Shown: piece by piece, positions 11,844 to 24,979 of the stretch
How positions within the stretch are numbered: the stretch's first letter is position 1
How the letters are laid out: each line of letters begins with the position of its first letter
DNA from: Octopus vulgaris
Lineage: Eukaryota
Reading direction: 5' to 3'
Length of the DNA: 64,000 nucleotides
Assembly: GCA_951406725.2 (NCBI GenBank)
Contig: OX597838.1
Coordinates: 37,138,001 to 37,202,000 of the forward strand
Program-made: the position numbers and the translations under genes
The notes under the pieces: model-generated
What the model was told of the DNA's origin: nothing
What the model saw: the letters and a program-made list of their open reading frames with translations, nothing else
Databases searched by the model: none

Positions 11844-12035
11844 AGGTAAAAAAAAAAGACGGTGAAATCTGGTTAAGAAAAATTGCCATGGCAAAAATTG
11901 AAGAGTTTGAAATTAATAACCAAAATTTACTGATATTATGTCACATGAAGATAAGAGAATTAGATTGAACACAGACTTCCTAGTTCTTAGAAATCAAACA
12001 AACTAGACGCAGTACAACACGTACACTAATGAAAG
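11844..12035 (+). other. Candidate exon (stop-containing or UTR)
   Basis: Acceptor GTCTTTTCTGCAG and donor AAG|GTAAGG; 192 nt. The longest frame is VKKKDGEIWLRKIAMAKIEEFEINNQNLLILCHMKIRELD*; all frames stop before the donor. Confidence 0.3.
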
Positions 12036-12730
12036 GTAAGGTATATTATGGAAATATTAGATTAATACTTAAAACAGAGTTAAACGTCGCAGGAAAATAA
12101 AAGAGAAGAGAAGAGAAGTTTATAGGCATTAATAATCTAGCTGTCCTGGTAATAAGTTTTAGTTATAATATTCACAATGGGGGCCTAAGTGAATTAACTT
12201 GACGAGACAGAATAAACAAGACACATATAATAACTGCACTTAGAATCCAACACCTGAAAGAACGACACAGGTATATTTTATTTACTGTTTACTATGGAGA
12301 GACTCGGAGATTATCAGATCTATTCTCTTTTATATTTGTTTTATTTCTGTCTGTCAGTCATTGGACTGCAGGGCCATGCTGGGGCATTACCCTGAAGGGA
12401 TTTGGGCAGGGGTGAGGAAGGGCGGGGGGTTAATTGAAAAAAAAATCGTGTCTGCAGTGCTTTTTCTACCTTCTTTTCTTTCTTTCTTTTCTTCTTTCTT
12501 TCCTTTTTTTTTGTTTTTCTTTTTTGTTTTTTACAATGTCTGATGTTTTACTCTGTCAGTTTCATTTTGCCAAACTGCTACGTGGGAATATAAGCAAGCT
12601 GACATCAGTTGTCAAGCAAGGGTGGTTAACCACACAAACATATATATATTCTTTTACTTGTTTCAGCCATTTGACAGCAGCCATGCTGGAGCACTGCCTT
12701 ATTAGATTTTATATATGTATATATATATAT

Positions 12731-12790
12731 AAAGTTAATCCAAACAAGAAAGCACAAAAAAACACAACTTGAGGACGTGGAACAAATATA

Positions 12791-12792
<2 letters not shown>
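12731..12792 (-). mobile_element. 3' terminal fragment of H1 in (TA)n
   Basis: Reverse complement of the H1 3' end (...CTTGTTTGGATTAAC). Confidence 0.75.
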
Positions 12793-12837
<45 letters not shown>

Positions 12838-12865
12838 CGTATATATATATATATATATGTATATA

Positions 12866-13306
12866 GGTGCAGGAGTGGCTGTGTGGTAAGAAGCTTGCTT
12901 CCCAATCACATGGTTCCGGGTTCAGTCCCACTGCATGGCACCTTGGTCGAAAGTCTTATACTATAGCCTCAGACCAACCAAAGCCTTGTGAGTGGATTTG
13001 GTAGACAGGAACTGAAAGAAGCCTGTCGTATTTATACACACACACACACATATATATATGTATGTATGAATGTATGTATTTGTTATTTGTGTCCGTGTTT
13101 GCCCCCCCCCCCCACCACCACCACCACCATTGCTTGATAACCGATGCTGGTGTGTTTACATCCCCATCAATTAGCAGTTTGGCAAAAAGAGACCAATAGA
13201 ATAAGTACTAGGTTTACACACAATAAGTCCTAGAGTCGATTTGTTCAACTAAAGGTAATGCTCCAGTATGGCCACAGTCAAATGACTGAAACAAGTAAAA
13301 GAATAG
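12866..13306 (+). mobile_element. SINE family A, full length
   Basis: Collinear with 2021-2445. Confidence 0.9.
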
Positions 13307-13315
13307 AACAATATA

Positions 13316-13347
<32 letters not shown>

Positions 13348-13363
13348 CAAGTGTTGCATTACT

Positions 13364-13595
13364 GGCGCATTTGAAAAAAGCACCATTCAAGCATAGCCAA
13401 TGCCAGTACCGCCTGACTGGCCCTTGTGCTGGTGGTATATAAAAGCACCTACTACACTCTTGGAGTGGTTGGTATTAGGAAGGGCATCCAGCTGCAGAAA
13501 CTCTGCCAAATCAGATTGGAGCCTGGTGCAGCTCCTGGCTTGCCAGTCCTCAGTCAAACTGTCCAACCCATGCCAGCATAGAAAGCGGACATTAA
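13364..13595 (+). mobile_element. Family C element (5' truncated)
   Basis: Partial monomers plus the conserved 3' body. Confidence 0.75.
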
Positions 13596-13687
13596 ATATA
13601 CATGTATATATATATATGTATGTATGTTTGTATATATGCATGCATGTATGTGTGTATATGTGTGTGTTCATATGTGTGCATATATAT

Positions 13688-13985
13688 ATCACGTGACCGA
13701 CCAGACCATCAGATGTTGTTACACATCGCTGGTCACAATGCGTTCGCATTGTTTTAGCCTTCGAATGACGCCACCCTGCTGGCTAAGCGAGCAGGCCAAC
13801 AGAAGAAAGACTGAGAGAAAGAGTGGTGAAAGAGTACAGCAGGGATCACCACCCCCTGCCAGAGGCTCGTGGAACTTCTTAGGTGTTTTTGCTCAATAAA
13901 CACTCACAACGCCTGGTCTGGGAATTGAAATCGCGATCCTACGACCGCGAGTCCACTGCCCTAACCACTGGGCCATTGCGCCTCC
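13688..13985 (-). mobile_element. SINE family D, full length
   Basis: Reverse complement of 30249-30532; head GGAGGCGCAATGGCCCAGTGGTTAGGG. Confidence 0.85.
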
Positions 13986-13992
13986 ATGCATA

Positions 13993-14398
13993 TCTCTCTA
14001 TATAAAACTGAATTGCGTTTTTACCGCTTGGATCGCTTTCAATGCCACTACATCCCGTCCGATTCGCTCCAAAATTTACAGGGACATGTAGAATGAGGTG
14101 ATGATGCGCGTGGGCTACCTTAGAAATCCCTATCTTAAAAGCTGTGGTTGCTAGGGGCCATCTTCCTCACTCACCCTATTTCGTCCTTTCCCTCTCTTAC
14201 TCCTCTTCATAACTTTCAGAAGTCCACTACGGTTATTTAAAGTATCTGTCACTATCGCTATTTCCTTTCTTTTACACTGACTCTGTTTCCTACCTTCCTA
14301 TCACTTCAGCGGCGTTCTTTTAAGTATATGTCTGTCACCAACAATCAACACACGAGCATGAGAACAAATATTATGAATCAGATATTCTTGCGTTCATT

Positions 14399-14400
<2 letters not shown>
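13993..14400 (+). mobile_element. Possible Helitron 5' portion
   Basis: Starts A|TCTCTCTATATAAAA, like the 5' end of the neighbouring Helitron; no CTRR 3' end found. Confidence 0.35.
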
Positions 14401-14430
<30 letters not shown>

Positions 14431-14431
<1 letters not shown>

Positions 14432-14872
14432 CTATATATATATATATGTATATATAATGTATGTGTGTGTGTGTGTGTTCTATATATAAATATGTATATA
14501 TAATGTATGTGTGTGTGTGTGTTCTATATATATAAATATGTATATATAATGTATGTGTGTGTGTGTGTTCTATATAGAAATATGTATATATAATGTATGT
14601 GTGTGTGTGTTCTATATATAAATATGTATATATAATGTATGTGTGTGTGTGTTCTATATATAAATATGTATATATAATGTATGTGTGTGTGTGTGTTCTA
14701 TATATAAATATGTATATATAATGTATGTGTGTGTGTGTGTGTGTGTTCTATATATAAATATGTATATATAATGTATGTGTGTGTGTGTGTGTTCTATATA
14801 TAAATATGTATATATAATGTATGTGTGTGTGTGTGTGTGTTCTATATATAAATATGTATATATAATGTATAT
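14431..14872. repeat. Minisatellite, ~10 units of 42-50 bp
   Basis: Unit TCTATATATAAATATGTATATATAATGTATG(TG)n. Confidence 0.9.
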
Positions 14873-15019
14873 ATACAAAGTGTATATATCTGTATTTATG
14901 TATATTAAACTTTTTCATACTTTTTCATAGTTATATATATTTTTAAACAAATTATAAATATAATTTAATAATTTTTATTTTCAATTTAAATAATTTAAAG
15001 TTTTTAATTTTATATTTTA

Positions 15020-16029
15020 CTAGCAGTATCGCCCGGCGTTGCTCGGGTTTGTAAGGGAAATAACTATATAAGCATTTTTAGTGAGTTATAGCAAAAAAAT
15101 AGCAAAAAATGCATTAAAAATGGAATAAAAAATGATAGTAATTTTTTTTTAAACCGTTGACTCATCGTAGACATTTTTAGAGAGTTACTTCCCTTATATA
15201 ATAGCGAAAAATGCATTAAAATGGAATAAAAAATGATGGTAATTTTTTTTTTTCGTTGACTCATCGTAGACATTTTTAGAGAGTTACTTCCCTTATATAA
15301 TAGCGAAAAATGCATTAAAATGGAATGAAAAATGATGGTAAATTTTTTTAAATCGTAGACTCATCGTAGACGCGCGCTAATACCCAGAAGGGCTCGATAT
15401 GAATCACGACTATAAGATACCCGGTTTTCATTACACTGCACCGTAAAATGTGGGAGTAGTTAGGAATCTAAATCGTAGGAGACAGACACACAACCTTACT
15501 TTTATATATAAAGATTTGTGCAACAACTAAAACATTCGGTTGTGCAAATTGTTTGCACAGGAAACCTGCCCTGTGTGGCGGTTTTTGCCGTTTTTGTGGA
15601 TCTGTTTCAGCTTTTTTAGCGATTTCTGTTTTGGCGACTTCAAGCCATGAAGTCATTGTTCTAAAAGAACGCTGGTCTCCTTCACAACGCATTACGACGT
15701 TGATTTCCTTACACTCCCTTCCCACAGCTTCACGAGGGATGGAAGAAGGGAGAGAAGCAACACAGGTGCAGGCGTGAGCGTGGACGCCAACTCCGGCGCC
15801 ATCGACACACGAAAAGAAATGCATTAAAATGGAATAAAAAATGATGTTAAATTATTTTTAAAATCGTAGACTCATCGTAGACGCGCGCTAATACCCAGAC
15901 GGGCTTGATATGAATCACGACTATAAGATACCCGAATTTGGTTAAACTGCACCACAAAATGTGGGAGTAGTTAGGAATCTAAATCGAAGGGGACAGGCAC
16001 TCACACAACTACAGTTTTATATATATAGA
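15020..16029 (-). mobile_element. Non-autonomous Helitron with internal tandem repeats
   Basis: Minus strand starts A|TCTATATATAT and ends with hairpin CCCGAGCAACGCCGGG plus CTAG|T. Contains ~100-bp internal repeats (15105-15375), and 15308-15515 is repeated at 15815-16030. Confidence 0.8.
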
Positions 16030-17026
16030 TATATTTTCTATGTTATATTTTCTTTTTTTATGTTTTTGTTTTTGGTTTTTCACTGTTTGATTTGCCTATT
16101 AGTGGTTTTATCTCTAATTTAATTTATACAGATATATATCTCATTTGTATACATTTGTATATATAATGCGTGCACACACACACACATATATATATATATA
16201 CACATATATATATAATGTGTGCATTACGTAGTCGGTTGATTCAGCTGAAAATATGCACACCTATGTTAAAGGTGCTGACAAGTTTGCATGACAACGATTT
16301 TGTTCCTCAAATGAAAGGCGTCACCTCTAGGACAAAATTCCTCATCTTATAAAATGTGGCCCCAGTAGACCCGAATGAAATCGGGTTATATTAACCAAAA
16401 CGTGAAAAGGGGTCTAAATGGGGCTGGAAGGGGATTAAAATTTCAAGGAGCGGGTGTTTAGGAATTCTCTGTTACATCAAGCTAAAAAATTTGCGCCAGC
16501 CTTTTAATCGTCAATGTGTTGCCATCCATGATAAAGAAGTTTTGAATGCTTGCCGTGGTGAGTCTACTGTCGTGAGAAAGAATCACTTCAAAACTTGGTG
16601 TTTACGAATTTTCTTTTACATCAAGTTCAAAATTTTACGCCAGCTGTTAAACTGTCACTACGTTGCTGTCCGTCGTTAACAAATGCCAGCCATGGTGACT
16701 TACTATCCTCAGATTTTATCCCTTCAAACTTTGGTTTCCAATATTTTATTATTTTTATTCAGCTCGCAAGTTCGTCTGTCCCTTTTAAATGTTAGCGTTT
16801 TGCTGTCTGCCTTGAAGCAGACCTTTCCATTGCCACTGCCTCATATTTCTGATTGATCTTTCTAAATATTTTATTTCTCAACTTACTCAAGATCTTCTGT
16901 TGTTTATAAATGGGAGAGAGATAGATAAAGATAGAGAGTAAGAGAAAGCGAGGGAGAGTCCGAGAGAAAATAAAAGTAAGAGAGTGGGAAAGTGAGAGAG
17001 AAAGGAGAGAGAAACAAATACGGAGA

Positions 17027-17341
17027 ATCATCATCATCATCATCATCGTTTAACGTCCGTTTTCCGTGCTAGCACGGGTTGGGCAGTGTGACTGGGGTCT
17101 CAGAAGCCAGGAGGCTGCACCAGGTTCCAGTCTGATCTGGCAGTGTTTCTACAGGTGGATGACCTTCCTAACGCCAACCACTCTGTGAGTGTAGTGAGTG
17201 ATTTTTTCGTGCTGCCGGCACTGGTGCCAGTGGGGCTCGCAGTGGCAACGATCGGTTGCTGCTTTTTATGTGCCACCGGCACAGAAGCAAGTCAAGGCGG
17301 TGCTGCAATCGGCCACGTTCGGATGGTGTTTTTTACGTGCT
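17027..17341 (-). mobile_element. Family C element (5' truncated)
   Basis: (ATC)n tail, conserved body, two full monomers and part of a third. Confidence 0.85.
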
Positions 17342-17408
17342 GAAAGGAAGCAACAGAAAGTAACACCCACACTCTTACCCGCGCGTAGAGCAGGTCACCT
17401 TCAGCTAG

Positions 17409-17441
<33 letters not shown>

Positions 17442-17603
17442 AACAGGTTGCTTGACCGCATACCGTTTTCGTTATCTATTCCTTCTGTTTTGCATATGTG
17501 AATTGCAGGGTTTGTCATGTGTGGAGCTCCACTTGTGGAAAATAGAAAAAAGCATTCTTGACTGCTATTTCTACTTTTTTGGTATGCGGTCAAGCAACCT
17601 GTT
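17442..17603. mobile_element. MITE-like element with 23-bp perfect TIRs
   Basis: AACAGGTTGCTTGACCGCATACC at 17442-17464 and its reverse complement at 17581-17603. Confidence 0.7.
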
Positions 17604-17745
17604 GCCTGTCCCTTTTTTCTTATATATATGTACTGAACTTTACAGAAGTTCCTACCGTTAATCGGCTATATTTACATACCGAATTCTACCAGTAAATAAT
17701 TGTGGTCTTTTTTTAAAAACCATTATAGAAATTATTTACTCTTAT

Positions 17746-17795
<50 letters not shown>

Positions 17796-18480
17796 GCATA
17801 TATATATGCAAATGCTGATGGTCGAGGAGAAATTTGAGTTGATCCACTTCAAAATAGAGGTTATCCTGAAACTCCCAAATTCCCTTCCTCCAGGTCAAAC
17901 TCTCCTGGCATCCAACAACATCAGAGACTTGGGAGTAATTGTGTACAACAGCATAAGCTGGGCCACTCACATAGACAGCAATATTGACATGGCCCAAAGA
18001 ATGTGCTCCTGGATTCTCAGAACTTTCCGGTCGAAAGATATCCACACCATTATCCTTCTCTTCTCTACTACTGCCAGACCCCACCTTGAATACTGTTGTC
18101 CACTATGGTCTCCCCACACGAAATAAAGTATCATGAAAACTGAAGCACCTCAAAGGTCAATTACAAAATAGACAGATGGCATGACAAGCCTTGACTATTG
18201 GGGTTGACTAGAAAAACTCAAGTTTTATTCTTTCCAACACTGCTGTGAGTGCTACATCATCTGCATGGTGTGGAAAATATTCCATCAGCACTGCCCAAAT
18301 GATGTTGGCATCGCCTTTAAGATACACCCAAGACTGGGAGCTCATGCTATCTGCCCACAGCATAAATCATACTCGCATCACATAACAACAATACAGCACA
18401 ATTATTATTTCACTTCATTTGGCCCCGCTCTCCTTAACATTACACCAAAAAACATTAAAGCAGAAACAGACCCCATAAAG

Positions 18481-18765
18481 TAAAGTATAATAGCCATCTC
18501 AATATGGCTAACCACAAAGGGGGGGTGTTACTGTAGCTTTTTAGCCCCAGGAGATCATCGTCTCCAGCTGGCTTTAGACACAATTTCTGTGCCCTTAAGG
18601 AATTTGCAAGGGCACAGAAATTGTGCCTAAAGCCAGCTAGAGATGATCTCCTGGGGCTAAAAAGCTACAGTAACACCCCCACTTTGTGGTTAGCCATATT
18701 GAGATGGCTATTATACTTTACATTGTCGAGTGATTACTGTTTACATCTCGTTCTGAGATTTAATA
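18481..18765. mobile_element. Near-perfect 240-bp palindromic insertion plus a short tail
   Basis: Arms 18481-18596 and 18608-18720 with an 11-nt loop; TSD AGA(C/T)CCCATAAAGT. Confidence 0.85.
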
Positions 18766-18780
18766 AGATCCCATAAAGTT

Positions 18781-19065
18781 CTATATTTAAGAGATGAGGA
18801 ATTATTTACATTATTTACATTATTTACAGTTGACGGATATTTGTCCTCATCTTGTTTGTTGTTAACACCTAGTTTTTGATGGAGTTTCTCTGTCTGTCTC
18901 CACTGAAGTCTAATGTCGGCTCCATACAGATTAGATAATACAGTTCTATATTCAAGAGACGAGGAATTATGTGCATTATTTGCATTATTTAAATTTACAT
19001 TACATTATGTGTTAAGAAGAAGCAAGATGAGCGCAAATATCCGTCAATTGCAAATAATGTAAATA
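18781..19065. mobile_element. Insertion with partial direct and inverted repeats
   Basis: 18812-18868 is inverted at 19008-19065; 18779-18820 is directly repeated at 18943-18990; flanked by the same TSD. Confidence 0.75.
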
Positions 19066-19318
19066 AGACCCCATAAAGTTCAAGAAGTCTTTGGACAAAT
19101 TCCTTCAAAAAATCCCAGATAAACCTCCTACACCTGGGTATGTCTCCATAAACAATAAGTCTCTCCTTGAGTGGGCCATGTTGCCTGATTCCAGATTTAA
19201 ATGACTTTGTCGGGTGGTGCTATTAAGTTAGACATGGCCTGGGCCAATACTGACCAAAACCTATCAAAGTACATATATATATATATGTATGTGTGTGTGT
19301 GTGTGTGTGTGTGTATGT

Positions 19319-19566
19319 GGAGGTATGTGGCTTAGTGGTTAGGGTGTCAGCACCATGATTGTAAGATTGTCGTTTCGATTCCTGGACTGGGTGATGCGTT
19401 GTGTTCTTAAGCAAAACACTTCATTTCACGTTGCTCCAGTCCACTCAGCTGGCAAAATGAGTAATGCTGCGATGGACTGGCGTCCCATCCAGCTGGGGAC
19501 CACATACACCATAGAAACCAGAAAACCGGGCACATGAGCCTGGCTAGGCTTTAAAAGGGTGCATTT
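19319..19566 (+). mobile_element. SINE family D variant (different 3' part)
   Basis: tRNA head, CORE-like segment, then GCGATGGACTGGCGTCCCATCCAG. Confidence 0.75.
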
Positions 19567-19600
19567 ATTTTTTATTTGTATATATATATGTATTTATATA

Positions 19601-20003
19601 GGCGCAGGAGTGGCTGTGTGGTAAGTAGCTTGCTAACCAACCACATGGTTCCGGGTTCAGTCCTACTGCGTGGCATCTTGGGCAAGTGTCTTCTGCTATA
19701 GCCCCGGGCTGACCAATGCCTTGTGAGTGGATTTGGTAGACAGAAACTGAAAGAAGCCTGTCGTATATATGTATATATATATATGTATGTGTGTATTTGT
19801 GTGTGTGTTTGTCCCCCTAGCATTGCTTGACAACTGATGCTGGTGTGTTTACACCCCCGTCACTTAGCGGTTTGGACAAAAGAGACCGATGGAATAAGTA
19901 CTGGGCTTACAAAGAATAAGTCCCGGGGTCGATTTGCTCGACTAAAGGCGATGCTCCAGCATGGCCGCAGTCAAATGACTGAAACAAGTAAAAGAATAAA
20001 GAG
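19601..20003 (+). mobile_element. SINE family A, full length
   Basis: Collinear with 2021-2445. Confidence 0.9.
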
Positions 20004-20051
<48 letters not shown>

Positions 20052-20273
20052 TGTATGCTCATGGTGGTGCTCCAGCATGGCTGCAGCCACATACCTTAAA
20101 TGGATAAAAGTATGCATCGATATGAGTTTATATATGTTTACATACACATACACTCACTCACACACACACACTTATATAGACTTAAATATATGTGCGTGTG
20201 TTTATATTTAAACAGGCACCTATCTGACTTTTTAATGTTTAAAAATTAATAGTGATTAGCATAACATCACCTC

Positions 20274-20290
20274 TGATTGATGATCTGTCA
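20274..20290 (+). promoter_or_regulatory. Candidate Pbx/Hox + Meis/Prep composite site
   Basis: TGATTGAT followed 3 nt later by CTGTCA in a unique island; motif match only. Confidence 0.25.
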
Positions 20291-20514
20291 GCAAGATATA
20301 GAAATCAATATGAGAAGTCTGTTCGTCACTCGGGCTGAGTTCTATGTCTCTGGGAATTAATTGCTGAAAAGCTTTAGTTATTTATTGTATATTTAAGATA
20401 CTTTTGGGGTTTTTGTTTTTGTTTTTTTGCTGTGTTTTGGTTAGGTGTCAGTGCATAAGGAAAGAGAAAGAGAAACTATGAACTTAGGAAACATATCTTG
20501 GCCAGTGTGAATAT

Positions 20515-21420
<906 letters not shown>

Positions 21421-21421
21421 T

Positions 21422-21851
21422 ATCATCATCATCGTTTAACGTCCGCTTTCCATGCTAGCATGGGTTGGACGGTTCAACTAGGGTCTGGGAAGCCTGAAGG
21501 CTGCACCAGGCCAGTCAGATCTGGCAGTGTTTCTACAGCTGGATGCCCTTCCTAACGCCAACCACTCCAAGAGTGTAGTGGGTGATTTTATGTGCCACCG
21601 ACACAGGTGCCAGACGAGGCTGGCAGACGGCCACGATCGGATGGTGTTTTCTTATGTGCCACCGACACAGGTGCCAGATGAGGCTGGCGAATGGCCACGC
21701 TCGGATGGTGTTTTTTACGTGCCACCGGCACGGAGGCCAGTCAATGCGGTACTGGCTACGGCCACGTTCGGATGGTTTTCGTATGTGCCACCGGCACTGG
21801 TACCACAAAACTACAAATTCCATTAATGTTCATCAAGTTTGCTTTTGATTT
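21422..21851 (-). mobile_element. Family C element, apparently full length (4 monomer motifs)
   Basis: GTGCCACC at ~21592, 21656, 21721 and 21785; 5' end matches 24128-24180. Confidence 0.85.
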
Positions 21852-22139
21852 TGTCCATTTTGTCCATTTATATGTAAACATATACATACATACATATATA
21901 CATATATATATACACACACATATATGTGTATATACACACACGCATATATGTGTATATACACACACACACATATAGTCACTCACCCGAACATATAGCAAAA
22001 TCACTAAATCATCCATACGACAGCATCATGATATTCCTTCTGACCAAGGCTCACATTGCTTTTCATCTTCACAGAGTAGATAAATGCATGCCAAATCAAG
22101 TCAGTCGACTGGTTAGGGTTATACCATCTTTTTTAAGGG

Positions 22140-22352
22140 AGTGAGCTGGCAGAATCATCAGCACACTGGGCAAAATGTTTAGCGGCATTTCGTCCGTCTT
22201 CATGTTCTGAATTCAAATTCTACCGAGGTCAACTTTGCCGTTCATCCTTTAGGGGTTGCTAAAATAAGTATCTGTCGAGCACTGGGGTCGATATAAATGA
22301 CTTAACCCCTTTCCCAAAACTGCTAGTCTTGTGCCAAAATTTCAAACCACTA
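22140..22352 (+). mobile_element. SINE family B (tail type 2-like)
   Basis: Collinear with the family B head and body. Confidence 0.75.
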
Positions 22353-22366
22353 TTATTTTTATTATT

Positions 22367-23165
<799 letters not shown>

Positions 23166-23460
23166 ATTGCTATATTAGTTAGCAGGCATGTTATTTTGAG
23201 GATTAGGGACCCCAGCCCTCCTCAGGTCTCAAGAATCTTTCTTCGGACTCTTGCAGAATATAGGATTGCACTTTTCTGCAGGTCAACAATGCAGGTCTCC
23301 ATTCCAATGTCTTTCACTCTCTTGAGTAGCACTTTGAGCGTTGTGCTAAGTGCAGCAGCAATTATTGCAACGATAATTGTCAACTTAGTCTTCCAATCTC
23401 TCTTTATCTCCCTGTCTAGGTCCTGACATTTCTCAGGTTTTTGAAAATCCTTGGGTATCC
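23166..23460 (-). mobile_element. Second, older R4/Dong-like endonuclease 3' fragment
   Basis: EKCQDLDREIKRDWK...IIAAALS...DLQKSAILYSARVRRKILET*, followed by (TAA)n. Confidence 0.7.
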
Positions 23461-23479
23461 AGTCTGTCATCGTTGTTGT

Positions 23480-23582
23480 CATTGTCGTCGTCTTCTTCTT
23501 CTTTTTCTTCTCCTCCTCCTTCTTCTTTTTCTTCTCCTCCTCCTTCTCCTCTTCTTCTTCTTCTTCTTCTTCTTCTCCTTCT

Positions 23583-23617
<35 letters not shown>

Positions 23618-23808
23618 TTCCCCTTCTTCTTCTACTTCCTCTTCTCCTTCTCCTCCTTCTTCTTCTTCTCCTCCTCCTTCTTCTCTTCTTCTTCTTCTTC
23701 TTCTTCTCCTTCTTCTTCTTCTTCCTCTTCTTCTTCTTCCCCTTCTTCTTCTTCTACTTCCTCTTCTCCTTCTCCTCCTTCTTCTTCTTCTTCTCCTTCT
23801 TCTTCTTC

Positions 23809-23840
<32 letters not shown>

Positions 23841-23865
23841 CTTCTTCTTCTTCTTCTCATTATCA

Positions 23866-23896
<31 letters not shown>

Positions 23897-23900
23897 AACA
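23480..23900. repeat. (CTT)/(CCT) then (TTA) microsatellite
   Basis: Read directly; internal higher-order duplication near 23601 and 23720. Confidence 0.95.
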
Positions 23901-24127
23901 TCATTAATGCAGCAATCTGGTAGAGTTGTTAATATGCCAAGCAAAATGCTTAGTGGTATTTTTTCCATCTTTATGCTCTGAGTTCAAATTCCACCATGGT
24001 CAGCTTTGCCTTTCATCCTTCAGGGTTTGATAAAATACCATTTGAACACTAGAGTCAATGTGATTGATTTATCCCCTCTCCAATCTGACTGGCCTTGCGC
24101 CAACATTTTTATTATTATTATTATTAT

Positions 24128-24503
24128 AAAAATCAAATTGAAATCGATCAACATCAATGGAATTTGTAGTTGTGGTACCAATGCCGGTGGCACATAAGAG
24201 AACCATCCGAACATGGCTGTAGCCAGCACCGCATCAACTGGCTTCCTTGCTGATGGCACATAACAAACACCATCCAATCGTGGCCGTTGCCAGCCTCGCC
24301 TGGTACCTGTGTCGGTGGCACATAAAAAGAACCCACTACACTCACGAAGTGGTTGGCATTAGGAAGGGCATCCAGCTGTAGAAACACTGCCAGATCTGAC
24401 TGGCCTGGTGCAGCCCTCGGGCTTCCCAGACCCCAGTTGAACCGTCCAACCCATGCCAGCATGGAAAGCGGACGTTAAACGATGATGATGATGATGATGA
24501 TGA
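24128..24503 (+). mobile_element. Family C element, apparently full length (3 monomer motifs)
   Basis: 5' AAATCAAATTGAAATCGATCAAC, monomers, conserved body and (GAT)n tail. Confidence 0.85.
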
Positions 24504-24535
24504 TTTTGTTGTCATTGTTATCACCATCATTTGTG

Positions 24536-24862
24536 AAGGCACATGGCTCATTGGTTCGGGTAATGAGCTCACAATTGTAAGGTCATGAGTTCAAATCCCA
24601 GCGGTTCCTTGTGTCCTTGAACAAGACACTTTTATTTCACATTGCTCCTGTCCCCTCAGCTTACAAAAGAAGAGTAGTGCCTGTATCCTAAAGGGCCAGC
24701 CTTCTCACGTTCGGTGTCATGCTGAATCTCACAGAGAAGGCCGTTAAGAGTACATATGCCTGTGGAGTACTCAAGCACTTATATGTTAATTTCCTGAGTG
24801 GGGGCTGTTCCGTTGATCGGACGAACTGGAACACTTGTCATCGCAGCCGACAAAGTGGCGGT
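24536..24862 (+). mobile_element. SINE family D-like (tRNA + CORE-like, distinct tail)
   Basis: B box GAGTTCAAATCCC; GTGTCCTTGAACAAGACACTT. Confidence 0.65.
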
Positions 24863-24979
24863 TCTTTTTTTTTTGTTTCTTTTGTTGTCATCATTATTTA
24901 TTATTGAACTCAATTGTGTTCAATCACTCTTCCAAGATCCCAACCTGTTTGGGAGACATTTTTTGTTATTTGTTCGATT

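Larger units (their letters stand above)
17811..19270 (+). mobile_element. CR1/L2-like LINE 3' fragment (decayed ORF2 C-terminus), interrupted at 18481-19065
   Basis: Translation IRDLGVIV..SISWATHI...RPHLEYCCPLWSPH...ETDPIK|FKKSLDKFLQKIPD; internal stops present. Confidence 0.85.

Noticed and set aside
14431-14872. Regularly repeated units resembling a CRISPR array
   Set aside because: The intervening sequences are (TG)n length variants, not unique spacers; the context is eukaryotic with no cas genes.
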